A DNA stretch of 64,000 bases from Mustelus asterias (taxonomy: Eukaryota): positions 2,480,001 to 2,544,000 of the forward strand of contig NC_135815.1 of NCBI RefSeq assembly GCF_964213995.1, written 5' to 3'. A model generated the notes under the pieces. It had not been told where the DNA came from. It searched no databases and saw nothing but the letters and a program-made list of their open reading frames with translations. Shown piece after piece: positions 47,415 to 63,113 of the stretch (position 1 is the stretch's first letter; every line of letters starts with the position of its first letter). The translations under genes were made by a program, and so were the position numbers.

Positions 47415-50400
47415 GAGACACGCGGTGACGGATCAGACACACGGGGACGCGGATCAGAGACACGCGGTGACGGATCAGAGACACGCGGAGGTGGATCAGA
47501 GACACGCGGTGACGGATCAGAGACACGCGGAGGTGGATCAGAGACACGCGGAGGTGGATCAGAGACACGCGGTAACGGATCAGAGAAACGCGGTAATGGA
47601 TCAGAGACACGCGGTGACGGATCAGAGACACACGGTGACGGATCAGAGACATGCGGTGACGGATCAGAGACACGCGGTGACGGATCAGAGACACACGGTG
47701 ACAGATCAGAGACACGCGGTGACGGATCAGAGACACGTGGTGACGGATCAGAGACACGCGGTGACGGATCAGAGACACACGGAGGCGGATCAGAGACACG
47801 CAGTGACGGATCAGAGACACGCGGTGACGGATCAGAGACACACGGTGACGGATCAGAGACACGCGGTAACGGATCAGAGACACGCGGTGACGGATCAGAG
47901 ACACACGGTAACGGATCAGAGACACGCGGTGACGGATCAGAGACACGTGGTGACGGATCAGAGACACGCGGTGACGGATCAGAGACACACGGAGGCGGAT
48001 CAGAGACACGCAGTGACGGATCAGAGGCACGCGGTGACGGATCAGAGACACACGGTGACGGATCAGAGACATGCGGTAACGGATCAGAGACACACGGTGA
48101 CGGATCAGAGACACACGGTGACGGATCAGAGACACGCGGTGACGGATCAGAGACATGCGGTGACGGATCAGAGACACGCGGTGACGGATCAGAGACACGC
48201 GGTGACGGATCAGAGACACACAGTAACGGATCAGAGACACACGGTAACGGATCAGAGACACACGGTGACGGATCAGAGACACGCGGTGACGGATCAGAGA
48301 CACGCGGTGACGGATCAGAGACACGCGGTGACGGATCAGAGACACGCGGTGACGGATCAGAGACACACGGAGGCGGATCAGAGACACGCGGTGACGGATC
48401 AGAGACATGCGGTGACGGATCAGAGACACGCGGTGATGGATCAGAGACACGCGGTGACGGATCAGAGACACGCGGTGACGGATCAGAGACACGCGGTGAC
48501 GGATCAGAGACACGCGGTGACGGATCAGAGACACGCGGTGACGGATCAGAGACACGCAGTGACAGATCAGAGACATGCGGTGACGGATCAGAGACACGCG
48601 GTGACGGATCAGAGACATGCGGTGACAGATCAAAGACACGCGGTGACGGATCAGAGACATGCGGTGACGGATCAGAGGCACGCGGTGACGGATCAGAGAC
48701 ACGCGGTGACAGATCAGAGACATGCGGTGACAGATCAGAGACATGCGGTGACGGATCAGAGACACACGGTGACGGATCAGAGACACGCGGTGACGGATCA
48801 GAGACACGCGGTGACAGATCAGAGACATGCGGTGACGGATCAGAGACACGCGGTGACGGATCAGAGACACACGGAGGCGGATCAGAGACACGCGGTGACG
48901 GATCAGAGACACGCGGTGACGGATCAGAGACACGCGGTGACGGATCAGAGACACATGGTGACGGATCAGAGACACGCGGTGACGGATCAGAGACACACGG
49001 TAACGGATCAGAGACACGCGGTGACGGATCAGAGACACGCGGTGACGGATCAGTGACACGCGGCGATGGATCAGAGACACACGGTAACGGATCAGAGACA
49101 CACGGTGACGGATCAGAGACACGCGGTGACGGATCAGAGACACGCGGTAACGGATCAGTGACACGCGGTGAAGGATCAGAGACACGCGGTGACGGATCAG
49201 TGACACGCGGTGATGGATCAGAGACACACGGTAACGGATCAGAGACACGCGGTGATGGATCAGAGACACGCCGTGACGGATCAGTGACACGCGGTGATGG
49301 ATCAGAGACACACGGTAACGGATCAGAGACACACGGTGACGGATCAGAGACACGCGGTGATGGATCAGAGACACGCGGTAACGGATCAGAGACACGCGGA
49401 GGCGGATCAGAGACACACGGTGACGGATCAGAGACACGCGGTGACGGATCAGAGACACGCAGTGACGGATCAGAGACACGCGGTGACGGATCAGAGACAC
49501 ACGGTGACGGATCAGAGACACGCAGTGACGGATCAGAGACACGCGGTGACGGATCAGAGACACACGGTGACGGATCAGAGACACGCAGTGACGGATCAGA
49601 GACACACGGTGACGGATCAGAGACACGCGGTGACGGATCAGAGACACGCGGTGACGGATCAGAGACACGCGGAGGCGGATCAGAGACACGCGGTGACGGA
49701 TCAGAGACACACGGTGACGGATCAGAGACACGCGGTGACGGATCAGAGACACGCGGTGACGGATCAGAGACACGCGGTGACGGATCAGAGACATGCGGTG
49801 ACGGATCAGAGACATGCGGTGACGGATCAGAGACACGGGGTGACGGATCAGAGACACGCGGTGACGGATCAGAGACACGCGGTGACGGATCAGAGACACA
49901 CGGTGACGGATCAGAGACACGCGGTGACGGATCAGAGACACGAGGTGACGGATCAGAGACACGCGGTGACGGATCAGAGACACGAGGTGACGGATCAGAG
50001 ACACGCGGTGACGGATCAGAGACACGCGGTGACGGATCAGAGACATGCGGTGACGGATCAGAGACATGCGGTGACGGATCAGAGACACGCGGTGACGGAT
50101 CAGAGACACGCGGTGACGGATCAGAGACATGCGGTGACGGATCAGAGACACGCGGTGACGGATCAGAGACACGCGGTGACGGATCAGAGACACGCGGTGA
50201 CGGATCAGAGACACGCGGTGACAGATCAGAGACATGCGGTGACGGATCAGAGACACGCGGTGACGGATCAGAGACACACGGAGGCGGATCAGAGACACGC
50301 GGTGACGGATCAGAGACACGCGGTGACGGATCAGAGACACGCGGTGACGGATCAGAGACACATGGTGACGGATCAGAGAAACGCGGTAATGGATCAGAGA

Positions 50401-53400
50401 CACGCGGTGACGGATCAGAGACACACGGTGACGGATCAGAGACATGCGGTGACGGATCAGTGACACGTGGTGACGGATCAGAGACACGCGGTGACGGATC
50501 AGAGACATGCGGTGACGGATCAGAGACATGCGGTGACGGATCAGAGACATGCGGTGAGGGATCAGAGACACGCGGTGACGGATCAGAGACACGCGGTGAC
50601 GGATCAGAGACACGCGGTGACGGATCAGAGACATGCGGTGACGGATCAGAGACATGCGGTGACGGATCAGAGACACGCGGTGACGGATCAGAGACACGCG
50701 GTGACGGATCAGAGACACGCGGTGACGGATCAGAGACACACGGTGACGGATCAGAGACACGCGGTGACGGATCAGAGACACACGGTGATGGATCAGAGAC
50801 ACGCGGTGACGGATCAGAGACACACGGTGACGGATCAGAGACACGCGGTGACGGATCAGTGACACGTGGTGACGGATCAGAGACACGCGGTGACGGATCA
50901 GTGACACGTGGTGACGGATCAGAGACACGCGGTGACGGATCAGAGACACACGGTGACGGATCAGAGACACGCGGTGACGGATCAGAGAAACGCGGTAATG
51001 GATCAGAGACACGCGGTGACGGATCAGAGACACGCGGAGGTGGATCAGAGACACGCGGTGACGGATCAGAGACACGCGGTGACGGATCAGAGACACGCGG
51101 AGGTGGATCAGAGACACGCGGTGACGGATCAGAGACACGTGGTGACGGATCAGAGACACACGGTGACGGATCAGAGACACGCGGTGACGGATCAGTGACA
51201 CGCAGTGACGGATCAGAGACACGCGGTAACGGATCAGAGAAACGCGGTAATGGATCAGAGACACGCGGTGACGGATCAGAGACACGCGGTGACGGATCAG
51301 AGAAACGCGGTAATGGATCAGAGACACGCGGTGACGGATCAGAGACACACGGTGACGGATCAGAGACACGCGGTGACGGATCAGAGACACGCGGTGACGG
51401 ATCAGAGACACACGGTGACGGATCAGAGACACACGGTGACGGATCAGAGGCACGCGGTGACGGATCAGAGACACACGGTGACGGATCAGAGACACGCGGT
51501 GACGGATCAGAGACACGCGGTGACGGATCAGAGACACACGGTGACGGATCAGAGACATGCGGTGACGGATCAGAGACACGCGGTGACGGATCAGAGACAC
51601 ACGGTGACAGATCAGAGACACGCGGTGACGGATCAGAGACACGTGGTGACGGATCAGAGACACGCGGTGACGGATCAGAGACACACGGAGGCGGATCAGA
51701 GACACGCAGTGACGGATCAGAGACACGCGGTGACGGATCAGAGACACACGGTGACGGATCAGAGACACGCGGTAACGGATCAGAGACACGCGGTGACGGA
51801 TCAGAGACACACGGTAACGGATCAGAGACACGCGGTGACGGATCAGAGACACGTGGTGACGGATCAGAGACACGCGGTGACGGATCAGAGACACACGGAG
51901 GCGGATCAGAGACACGCAGTGACGGATCAGAGACACGCGGTGACGGATCAGAGACACACGGTGACGGATCAGAGACACGCGGTAACGGATCAGAGACACA
52001 CGGTGACGGATCAGAGACACACGGTGACGGATCAGAGACACGCGGTGACGGATCAGAGACATGCGGTGACGGATCAGAGACACGCGGTGACGGATCAGAG
52101 ACACGCGGTGACGGATCAGAGACACACAGTAACGGATCAGAGACACACGGTAACGGATCAGAGACACACGGTGACGGATCAGAGACACGCGGTGACGGAT
52201 CAGAGACACGCGGTGACGGATCAGAGACACGCGGTGACGGATCAGAGACACGCGGTGACGGATCAGAGACACACGGAGGCGGATCAGAGACACGCGGTGA
52301 CGGATCAGAGACATGCGGTGACGGATCAGAGACACGCGGTGACGGATCAGAGACACGCGGTGACGGATCAGAGACACGCGGTGACGGATCAGAGACACGC
52401 GGTGACGGATCAGAGACACGCGGTGACGGATCAGAGACACGCGGTGACGGATCAGAGACACGCGGTGACAGATCAGAGACACACGGTGACGGATCAGAGA
52501 CACGCGGTGACGGATCAGAGACACGAGGTGACGGATCAGAGACACGCGGTGACGGATCAGAGACACGAGGTGATGGATCAGAGACACGCGGTGACGGATC
52601 AGAGACACGCGGTGACGGATCAGAGACATGCGGTGACGGATCAGAGACATGCGGTGACGGATCAGAGACACGCGGTGACGGATCAGAGACACGCGGTGAC
52701 GGATCAGAGACATGCGGTGACGGATCAGAGACACGCGGTGACGGATCAGAGACACGCGGTGACGGATCAGAGACACGCGGTGACGGATCAGGGACACGCG
52801 GTGACAGATCAGAGACATGCGGTGACGGATCAGAGACACGCGGTGACGGATCAGAGACACACGGAGGCGGATCAGAGACACGCGGTGACGGATCAGAGAC
52901 ACGCGGTGACGGATCAGAGACACGCGGTGACGGATCAGAGACACATGGTGACGGATCAGAGAAACGCGGTAATGGATCAGAGACACGCGGTGACGGATCA
53001 GAGACACACGGTGACGGATCAGAGACACGCGGTGACGGATCAGTGACACGTGGTGACGGATCAGAGACACGCGGTGACGGATCAGAGACATGCGGTGACG
53101 GATCAGAGACATGCGGTGACGGATCAGAGACATGCGGTGAGGGATCAGAGACACGCGGTGACGGATCAGAGACACGCGGTGACGGATCAGAGACACGCGG
53201 TGACGGATCAGAGACATGCGGTGACGGATCAGAGACATGCGGTGACGGATCAGAGACACGCGGTGACGGATCAGAGACACGCGGTGACGGATCAGAGACA
53301 CACGGTGACGGATCAGAGACACGCGGTGACGGATCAGAGACACACGGTGATGGATCAGAGACACGCGGTGACGGATCAGAGAAACGCGGTAATGGATCAG

Positions 53401-56400
53401 AGACACGCGGTGACGGATCAGAGACACACGGTGACGGATCAGAGACACGCGGTGACGGATCAGTGACACGTGGTGACGGATCAGAGACACGCGGTTTCGG
53501 ATCAGTGACACGTGGTGACGGCTCAGAGACACGCGGTGACGGATCAGAGACACACGGTGACGGATCAGAGACACGCGGTGACGGATCAGAGAAACGCGGT
53601 AATGGATCAGAGACACGCGGTGACGGATCAGAGACACGCGGAGGTGGATCAGAGACACGTGGTGACGGATCAGAGACACGCGGTGACGGATCAGAGACAC
53701 GCGGAGGTGGATCAGAGACACGCGGTGACGGATCAGAGACACGTGGTGACGGATCAGAGACACACGGTGACGGATCAGAGACACGCGGTGACGGATCAGT
53801 GACACGCAGTGACGGATCAGAGACACGCGGTAACGGATCAGAGAAACGCGGTAATGGATCAGAGACACGCGGTGACGGATCAGAGACACGCGGTGACGGA
53901 TCAGAGAAACGCGGTAATGGATCAGAGACACGCGGTGACGGATCAGAGACACACGGTGACGGATCAGAGACACGCGGTGACGGATCAGAGACACGCGGTG
54001 ACGGATCAGAGACACACGGTGACGGATCAGAGACACACGGTGACGGATCAGAGACACGCGGTGACGGATCAGAGACACGCGGTGACGGATCAGAGACACA
54101 CGGAGGCGGATCAGAGACACGCAGTGACGGATCAGAGACACACGGTGACGGATCAGAGACACGTGGTGACGGATCAGAGACACGCGGTGACGGATCAGAG
54201 ACACGCGGTGACGGATCAGAGACACGCAGTGACGGATCAAAGACACGCGGTGACGGATCAAAGACACGCGGTGACGGATCAGAGACACGCGGTGACGGAT
54301 CAGAGACACGCGGTGACGGATCAGAGACACGCGGTGACGGATCAGTGACACGCAGTGACGGATCAGAGACACGCAGTGACGGTTCAGAGACACGCGGTGA
54401 CGGATCAGTGACACGCAGTGACGGATCAGAGACACGCGGTGACGGATCAGTGACACGCGGTGACGGATCAGAGACACGCAGTGACGGATCAGAGACACAC
54501 GGTGACGGATCAGAGACACGCGGTGACGGATCAGTGACACGCGGTGACGGATCAGAGACACGCAGTGACGGATCAGAGACACACGGTGACGGATCAGAGA
54601 CACGCGGTGACGGATCAGAGACACGCGGTGACGGATCAGAGACACGCAGTGACGGATCAGACACGCGGTGACGGATCAGAGACACACGGTGACGGATCAG
54701 AGACACGCAGTGACGGATCAGAGACACGCGGTGACGGATCAGAGACACGCGGTGACGGATCAGAGACACACGGTGACGGATCAGAGACACGCGGTGATGG
54801 ATCAGAGACACGCGGTAACGGATCAGAGACACGCGGTGATGGATCAGAGACACGCGGAGGCGGATCAGAGACACGCGGTAACGGATCAGAGACACGCGGT
54901 GACGGATCAGAGACACGCGGTGACGGATCAGAGACACATGGTGACGGATCAGAGACACGCGGTGACGGATCAGAGACACACGGTAACGGATCAGAGACAC
55001 GCGGTGACGGATCAGAGACACGCGGTGACGGATCAGTGACACGCGGCGATGGATCAGAGACACACGGTAACGGATCAGAGACACACGGTGACGGATCAGA
55101 GACACGCGGTGACGGATCAGAGACACGCGGTAACGGATCAGTGACACGCGGTGATGGATCAGAGACACGCGGTGACGGATCAGTGACACGCGGTGATGGA
55201 TCAGAGACACACGGTAACGGATCAGAGACACGCGGTGATGGATCAGAGACACGCCGTGACGGATCAGTGACACGCGGTGATGGATCTGAGACACACGGTA
55301 ACGGATCAGAGACACACGGTGACGGATCAGAGACACGCGGTGATGGATCAGAGACACGCGGTAACGGATCAGAGACACGCGGAGGCGGATCAGAGACACA
55401 CGGTGACGGATCAGAGACACGCGGTGACGGATCAGAGACACGCAGTGACGGATCAGAGACACGCGGTGACGGATCAGAGACACACGGTGACGGATCAGAG
55501 ACACGCAGTGACGGATCAGAGACACGCGGTGACGGATCAGAGACACACGGTGACGGATCAGAGACACGCAGTGACGGATCAGAGACACACGGTGACGGAT
55601 CAGAGACACGCGGTGACGGATCAGAGACACGCGGTGACGGATCAGAGACACACGGAGGCGGATCAGAGACACGCGGTGACGGATCAGAGACACACGGTGA
55701 CGGATCAGAGACACGCAGTGACGGATCAGAGACACGCGGTGACGGATCAGAGACACACGGAGGCGGATCAGAGACACGCGGTGACGGATCAGAGACACAC
55801 GGTGACGGATCAGAGACACGCAGTGACGGATCAGAGACACACGGTGACGGATCAGAGACACGCGGTGACGGATCAGAGACACGCGGTGATGGATCAGAGA
55901 CACGCGGTGATGGATCAGAGACACACGGTGACGGATCAGAGACACGCGGTGACGGATCAGAGACACACGGTGACGGATCAGAGACACGCGGTGACGGATC
56001 AGAGACACACGGTGACGGATCAGAGACACACGGTGACGGATCAGAGACACGGGGTGACGGATCAGAGACACGCGGTGACGGATCAGAGACACACGGTGAC
56101 GGATCAGAGACACACGGTGACGGATCAGAGACACGCGGTGACGGATCAGAGACACGCGGTGACGGATCAGAGACATGCGGTGACGGATCAGAGACACGCA
56201 GTGACGGATCAGAGACACGCGGTGACGGATCAGTGACACGCGGTGACGGATCAGAAACACGCAGTGACGGATCAGAGACACGCGGTGACGGATCAGAGAC
56301 ACGCGGTGACGGATCAGAGACACGCGGTGACGGATCAGAGACACATGGTGACGGATCAGAGACACGCGGTGACGGATCAGAGACATGCGGTGACGGATCA

Positions 56401-59400
56401 GAGACACGCGGTGACGGATCAGAGACACATGGTGACGGATCAGAGACACGCAGTGACGGATCAGAGACACGCGGTAACGGATCAGAGACACGCGGTGACG
56501 GATCAGAGACACGCGGTAACGGATCAGTGACACGCGGTGATGGATCAGAGACACACGGTAACGGATCAGAGACACCCAGTGACGGATCAGAGACATGCGG
56601 TAACGGATCAGTGACACGTGGTGATGGATCAGAGACACGCGGTAACGGATCAGAGACACGCGGTGACGGACCAGAGACACGCGGTAACGGATCAGTGACA
56701 CGCGGTGATGGATCAGAGACACGCGGTGACGGATCAGTGACACGCGGTGATGGATCAGAGACACACGGTAACGGATCAGAGACACGCGGTGACGGATCAG
56801 AGACACGCGGTGACGGATCAGTGACACGCGGTGATGGATCAGAGACACACGGTAACGGATCAGAGACACGCGGTGACGGATCAGAGACACACGGTAACGG
56901 ATCAGAGACACACGGTGACGGGATCAGAGACACGCGGTGATGGATCAGAGACACGCGGTGACGGATCAGAGACACACGGTGACGGATCGGAGACACGCGG
57001 TGACGGATCAGAGACACACGGTGACGGGATCAGAGACACACGGTGACGGATCAGAGACACACGGTGACGGGATCAGAGACACGCGGTGATGGATCAGAGA
57101 CACGCGGTAACGGATCAGAGACACACGGTGACGGATCAGAGACACGCGGTGACGGATCAGAGACGCGCAGTGACGGATCAGAGACACGCGGTGACGGATC
57201 AGAGACACACGGTGACGGATCAGAGACACGCAGTGACGGATCAGAGACACGCGGTGACGGATCAGAGACACACGGTGACGGATCAGAGACACGCGGTAAC
57301 GGATCAGAGACACGCGGTGACGGATCAGAGACACACGGTGATGGATCAGAGACACGCGGTGACGGATCAGAGACACGCGGTGACGGATCAGAGACACACG
57401 GTGACGGATCAGAGACACGCTGTGACGGATCAGAGACACACGGTGACGGATCAGAGACACACGGAGGCGGATCAGAGACACGCGGTGACGGATCAGAGAC
57501 ACGCGGTGACGGATCAGAGACACGCGGTGACGGATCAGAGACACACGGTGACGGATCAGAGACACGCGGTAACGGATCAGAGACTCGCGGTGACGGATCA
57601 GAGACACGCGGTGACGGATCAGAGACACACGGTGACGGATCAGAGACACGCGGTGATGGATCAGAGACACGCGGTAACGGATCAGAGACACGCGGTGATG
57701 GATCAGAGACACGCGGTAACGGATCAGAGACACGTGGTGACGGATCAGAGACACACGGTGACGGATCAGAGACACGCGGTGACGGATCAGAGACACGCGG
57801 TAACGGATCAGTGACACGCGGTGATGGATCAGAGACACACGGTAACGGATCAGAGACACCCGGTGACGGATCAGAGACACGCGGTAACGGATCAGTGACA
57901 CGTGGTGATGGATCAGAGACACGCGGTAACGGATCAGAGACACGCGGTGACGGATCAGAGACACGCGGTAACGGATCAGTGACACGCGGTGATGGATCAG
58001 AGACACGCGGTGACGGATCAGTGACACGCGGTGATGGATCAGAGACACACGGTAACGGATCAGAGACACGCGGTGACGGATCAGAGACACGCGGTGCGGA
58101 TCAGTGACACGCGGTGATGGATCAGAGACACACGGTAACGGATCAGAGACACGCGGTGACGGATCAGAGACACATGGTAACGGATCAGAGACACACGGTG
58201 ACGGGATCAGAGACACGCGGTGATGGATCAGAGACACGCGGTGACGGATCAGAGACACACGGTGACGGATCAGAGACACGCGGTGACGGATCAGAGACAC
58301 ACGGTGACGGGATCAGAGACACACGGTGACGGATGAGAGACACACGGTGACGGGATCAGAGACACGCGGTGATGGATCAGAGACACGCGGTAACGGATCA
58401 GAGACACACGGTGACGGATCAGAGACACGCGGTGACGGATCAGAGACACGCAGTGACGGATCAGAGACACGCGGTGACGGATCAGAGACACACGGTGACG
58501 GATCAGAGACACGCAGTGACGGATCAGAGACACGCGGTGACGGATCAGAGACACACGGTGACGGATCAGAGACACGCGGTAACGGATCAGAGACACGCGG
58601 TGACGGATCAGAGACACACGGTGATGGATCAGAGACACGCGGTGACGGATCAGAGACACGCGGTGACGGATCAGAGACACACGGTGACGGATCAGAGACA
58701 CGCTGTGACGGATCAGAGACACACGGTGACGGATCAGAGACACACGGAGGCGGATCAGAGACACGCGGTGACGGATCAGAGACACGCGGTGACGGATCAG
58801 AGACACGCGGTGACGGATCAGAGACACACGGTGACGGATCAGAGACACGCGGTAACGGATCAGAGACACGAGGTGACGGATCAGAGACACGCGGTGACGG
58901 ATCAGAGACACGAGGTGATGGATCAGAGACACGCGGTGACGGATCAGAGACACGCGGTGACGGATCAGAGACATGCGGTGACGGATCAGAGACACGCGGT
59001 AACGGATCAGTGACACGCGGTGATGGATCAGAGACACGCGGTGACGGATCAGTGACACGCGGTGATGGATCAGAGACACACGGTAACGGATCAGAGACAC
59101 GCGGTGACGGATCAGAGACACGCGGTGACGGATCAGTGACACGCGGTGATGGATCAGAGACACACGGTAACGGATCAGAGACACGCGGTGACGGATCAGA
59201 GACACACGGTAACGGATCAGAGACACACGGTGACGGGATCAGAGACACGCGGTGATGGATCAGAGACACGCGGTGACGGATCAGAGACACACGGTGACGG
59301 ATCAGAGACACGCGGTGACGGATCAGAGACACACGGTGACGGGATCAGAGACACACGGTGACGGATCAGAGACACACGGTGACGGGATCAGAGACACGCG

Positions 59401-62400
59401 GTGATGGATCAGAGACACGCGGTAACGGATCAGAGACACACGGTGACGGATCAGAGACACGCGGTGACGGATCAGAGACACGCAGTGACGGATCAGAGAC
59501 ACGCGGTGACGGATCAGAGACACACGGTGACGGATCAGAGACACGCAGTGACGGATCAGAGACACGCGGTGACGGATCAGAGACACACGGTGACGGATCA
59601 GAGACACGCGGTAACGGATCAGAGACACGCGGTGACGGATCAGAGACACACGGTGATGGATCAGAGACACGCGGTGACGGATCAGAGACACGCGGTGACG
59701 GATCAGAGACACACGGTGACGGATCAGAGACACGCTGTGATGGATCAGAGACACACGGTGACGGATCAGAGACACACGGAGGCGGATCAGAGACACGCGG
59801 TGACGGATCAGAGACACGCGGTGACGGATCAGAGACACGCGGTGACGGATCAGAGACACACGGTGACGGATCAGAGACACGCGGTAACGGATCAGAGACT
59901 CGCGGTGACGGATCAGAGACACGCGGTGACGGATCAGAGACACACGGTGACGGATCAGAGACACGCGGTGATGGATCAGAGACACGCGGTAACGGATCAG
60001 AGACACGCGGTGATGGATCAGAGACACGCGGTAACGGATCAGAGACACGTGGTGACGGATCAGAGACACACGATGACGGATCAGAGACACGCGGTGACGG
60101 ATCAGAGACACGCGGTAACGGATCAGTGACACGCGGTGATGGATCAGAGACACACGGTAACGGATCAGAGACACCCGGTGACGGATCAGAGACACGCGGT
60201 AACGGATCAGTGACACGTGGTGATGGATCAGAGACACGCGGTAACGGATCAGAGACACGCGGTGACGGATCAGAGACACGCGGTAACGGATCAGTGACAC
60301 GCGGTGATGGATCAGAGACACGCGGTGACGGATCAGTGACACGCGGTGATGGATCAGAGACACACGGTAACGGATCAGAGACACGCGGTGACGGATCAGA
60401 GACACGCGGTGACGGATCAGTGACACGCGGTGATGGATCAGAGACACACGGTAACGGATCAGAGACACGCGGTGACGGATCAGAGACACACGGTAACGGA
60501 TCAGAGACACACGGTGACGGGATCAGAGACACGCGGTGATGGATCAGAGACACGCGGTGACGGATCAGAGACACACGGTGACGGATCAGAGACACGCGGT
60601 GACGGATCAGAGACACACGGTGACGGGATCAGAGACACACGGTGACGGATCAGAGACACACGGTGACGGGATCAGAGACACGCGGTGATGGATCAGAGAC
60701 ACGCGGTAACGGATCAGAGACACACGGTGACGGATCAGAGACACGCGGTGACGGATCAGAGACACGCAGTGACGGATCAGAGACACGCGGTGACGGATCA
60801 GAGACACACGGTGACGGATCAGAGACACGCAGTGACGGATCAGAGACACGCGGTGACGGATCAGAGACACACGGTGACGGATCAGAGACACGCGGTAACG
60901 GATCAGAGACACGCGGTGACGGATCAGAGACACACGGTGATGGATCAGAGACACGCGGTGACGGATCAGAGACACGCGGTGACGGATCAGAGACACACGG
61001 TGACGGATCAGAGACACGCTGTGACGGATCAGAGACACACGGTGACGGATCAGAGACACACGGAGGCGGATCAGAGACACGCGGTGACGGATCAGAGACA
61101 CGCGGTGACGGATCAGAGACACGCGGTGACGGATCAGAGACACACGGTGACGGATCAGAGACACGCGGTAACGGATCAGAGACTCGCGGTGACGGATCAG
61201 AGACACGCGGTGACGGATCAGAGACACACGGTGACGGATCAGAGACACGCGGTGATGGATCAGAGACACGCGGTGACGGAACAGAGACACGCGGTGATGG
61301 ATCAGAGACACGCGGTAACGGATCAGAGACACGTGGTGACGGATCAGAGACACACGGTGACGGATCAGAGACACGCGGTGACGGATCAGAGACACGTGGT
61401 GACGGATCAGAGACATGCGGTGACGGATCAGAGACACACGGTGACGGATCAGAGACACGTGGTGACGGATCAGAGACACGCGGTGACGGATCAGAGACAC
61501 GCGGTGACGGATCAGAGACACGCGGTGACGGATCAGAGACACGCGGTAACGGATCAGAGACACATGGTGACGGATCAGAGACACGCGGTGACGGATCAGT
61601 GACACGCGGCGATGGATCAGAGACACACAGTAACGGATCAGAGACACACGGTGACGGATCAGAGACACGCGGTGACGGATCAGAGACACGCGGTAATGGA
61701 TCAGTGACACGCGGTGATGGATCAGAGACACGCGGTGACGGATCAGTGACACGCGGTGATGGATCAGAGACACACGGTAACGGATCAGAGACACGCGGTG
61801 ACGGATCAGAGACACGCGGTGACGGATCAGTGACACGCGGTGATGGATCAGAGACACACGGTAACGGATCAGAGACACGCGGTGACGGATCAGAGACACG
61901 CGGTGACGGATCAGTGACACGCGGTAACGGATCAGAGACACACGGTGACGGATCAGAGACACGCGGTGACGGATCAGAGACACGCGGTGACGGATCAGAG
62001 ACACACGGTGATGGATCAGAGACACGCGGTGACGGATCAGTGACACGCGGTGACGGATCAGTGATACGCGGTGACGGATCAGAGACACGCGGTGACGGAT
62101 CAGAGACACACGGTGACGGAGCAGAGACACGCGGTGACGGATCAGAGACACACGGTGACGGATCAGTGACACGCGGTGACGGATCAGAGACACGCGGTGA
62201 CGGATCAGAGACACGCGGTGACGGATCAGAGACACGCGGTGACGGATCAGTGACACACGGTGACGGATCAGAGACACGCGGTGACGGATCAGTGACACAC
62301 GGAGGTGGATCAGAGACACGCGGTAACCGATCAGAGACACGCGGTGACGGATCAGAGACACGCGGTGACGGATCAGAGACACACGGTGACGGATCAGAGA

Positions 62401-62477
62401 CACGCGGTGACGGATCAGAGACACATGGTGACGGATCAGAGACACGCGGTGATGGATCAGAGACACGCAGAGGTGGA
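47415..62477. repeat. 15-kb CpG-rich 21-bp satellite (gagacacgcggtgacggatca)n
   Basis: About 715 units, with higher-order blocks marked by variant units and rare indels. Confidence 0.98.
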
Positions 62478-63113
62478 ATGCCTGCTCCACATTTCAATCA
62501 TTATTAAGGCATGATCTGCCGATGTTTAGAAGTGCACATTCCCATCTCCCCCCGATAACTTGCTCAACAACAATCCAACCACCTCCGCATCAAAAATATT
62601 CAGTGCCCCCACTTCCATCATCTTCTGAGGCAGAGTTCTAAAATCACACAACCCTCACTGTCGCTGGGTCAAAATCCCTCCCTAACAGCACAAAGGGTGT
62701 ACCTACACCTCAGGGACTGCAGTGGTTCACCACCACCTTCTGAAGGGCAATTGGGGATGGGCAGTAAATGCTAGGCCTTAGAAGATGCTCTTTGACATCA
62801 TGATCCACTCTTGATGCTACAGGTACACATTACAAAACCGATGTTGCCATTCTCACTGAGACGGCATTGTGTGTGAATCCTGGCAGCACTGAATGGGAGT
62901 ACCATGAATACTATTCTGGGTCTGAATACTGCACCTGTCGCACCAAAGCAACTCACACCATGCAGCTGAATTTTGCCCCCAGCTGGTCTGTTTCTTTCAA
63001 AGAGATGGAGAGAAACAAGAGGCACAGGTTCTCTGTCTGTCTGTGATATGTGGATAGTTTCTTCACAACTGGGCAAGGCAATATTTCTCTCACCTTCCTC
63101 TTTCTCTGGTATA

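Noticed and set aside
47287-62514. Giant ORFs up to 3167 aa (VSLIRHR / SETRGDG / VSDPSPR / VTDQRHA repeats)
   Set aside because: A 21-bp unit that is stop-free in several frames on both strands. Frameshifting indels occur, variants follow CpG decay, and there are no unique domains.
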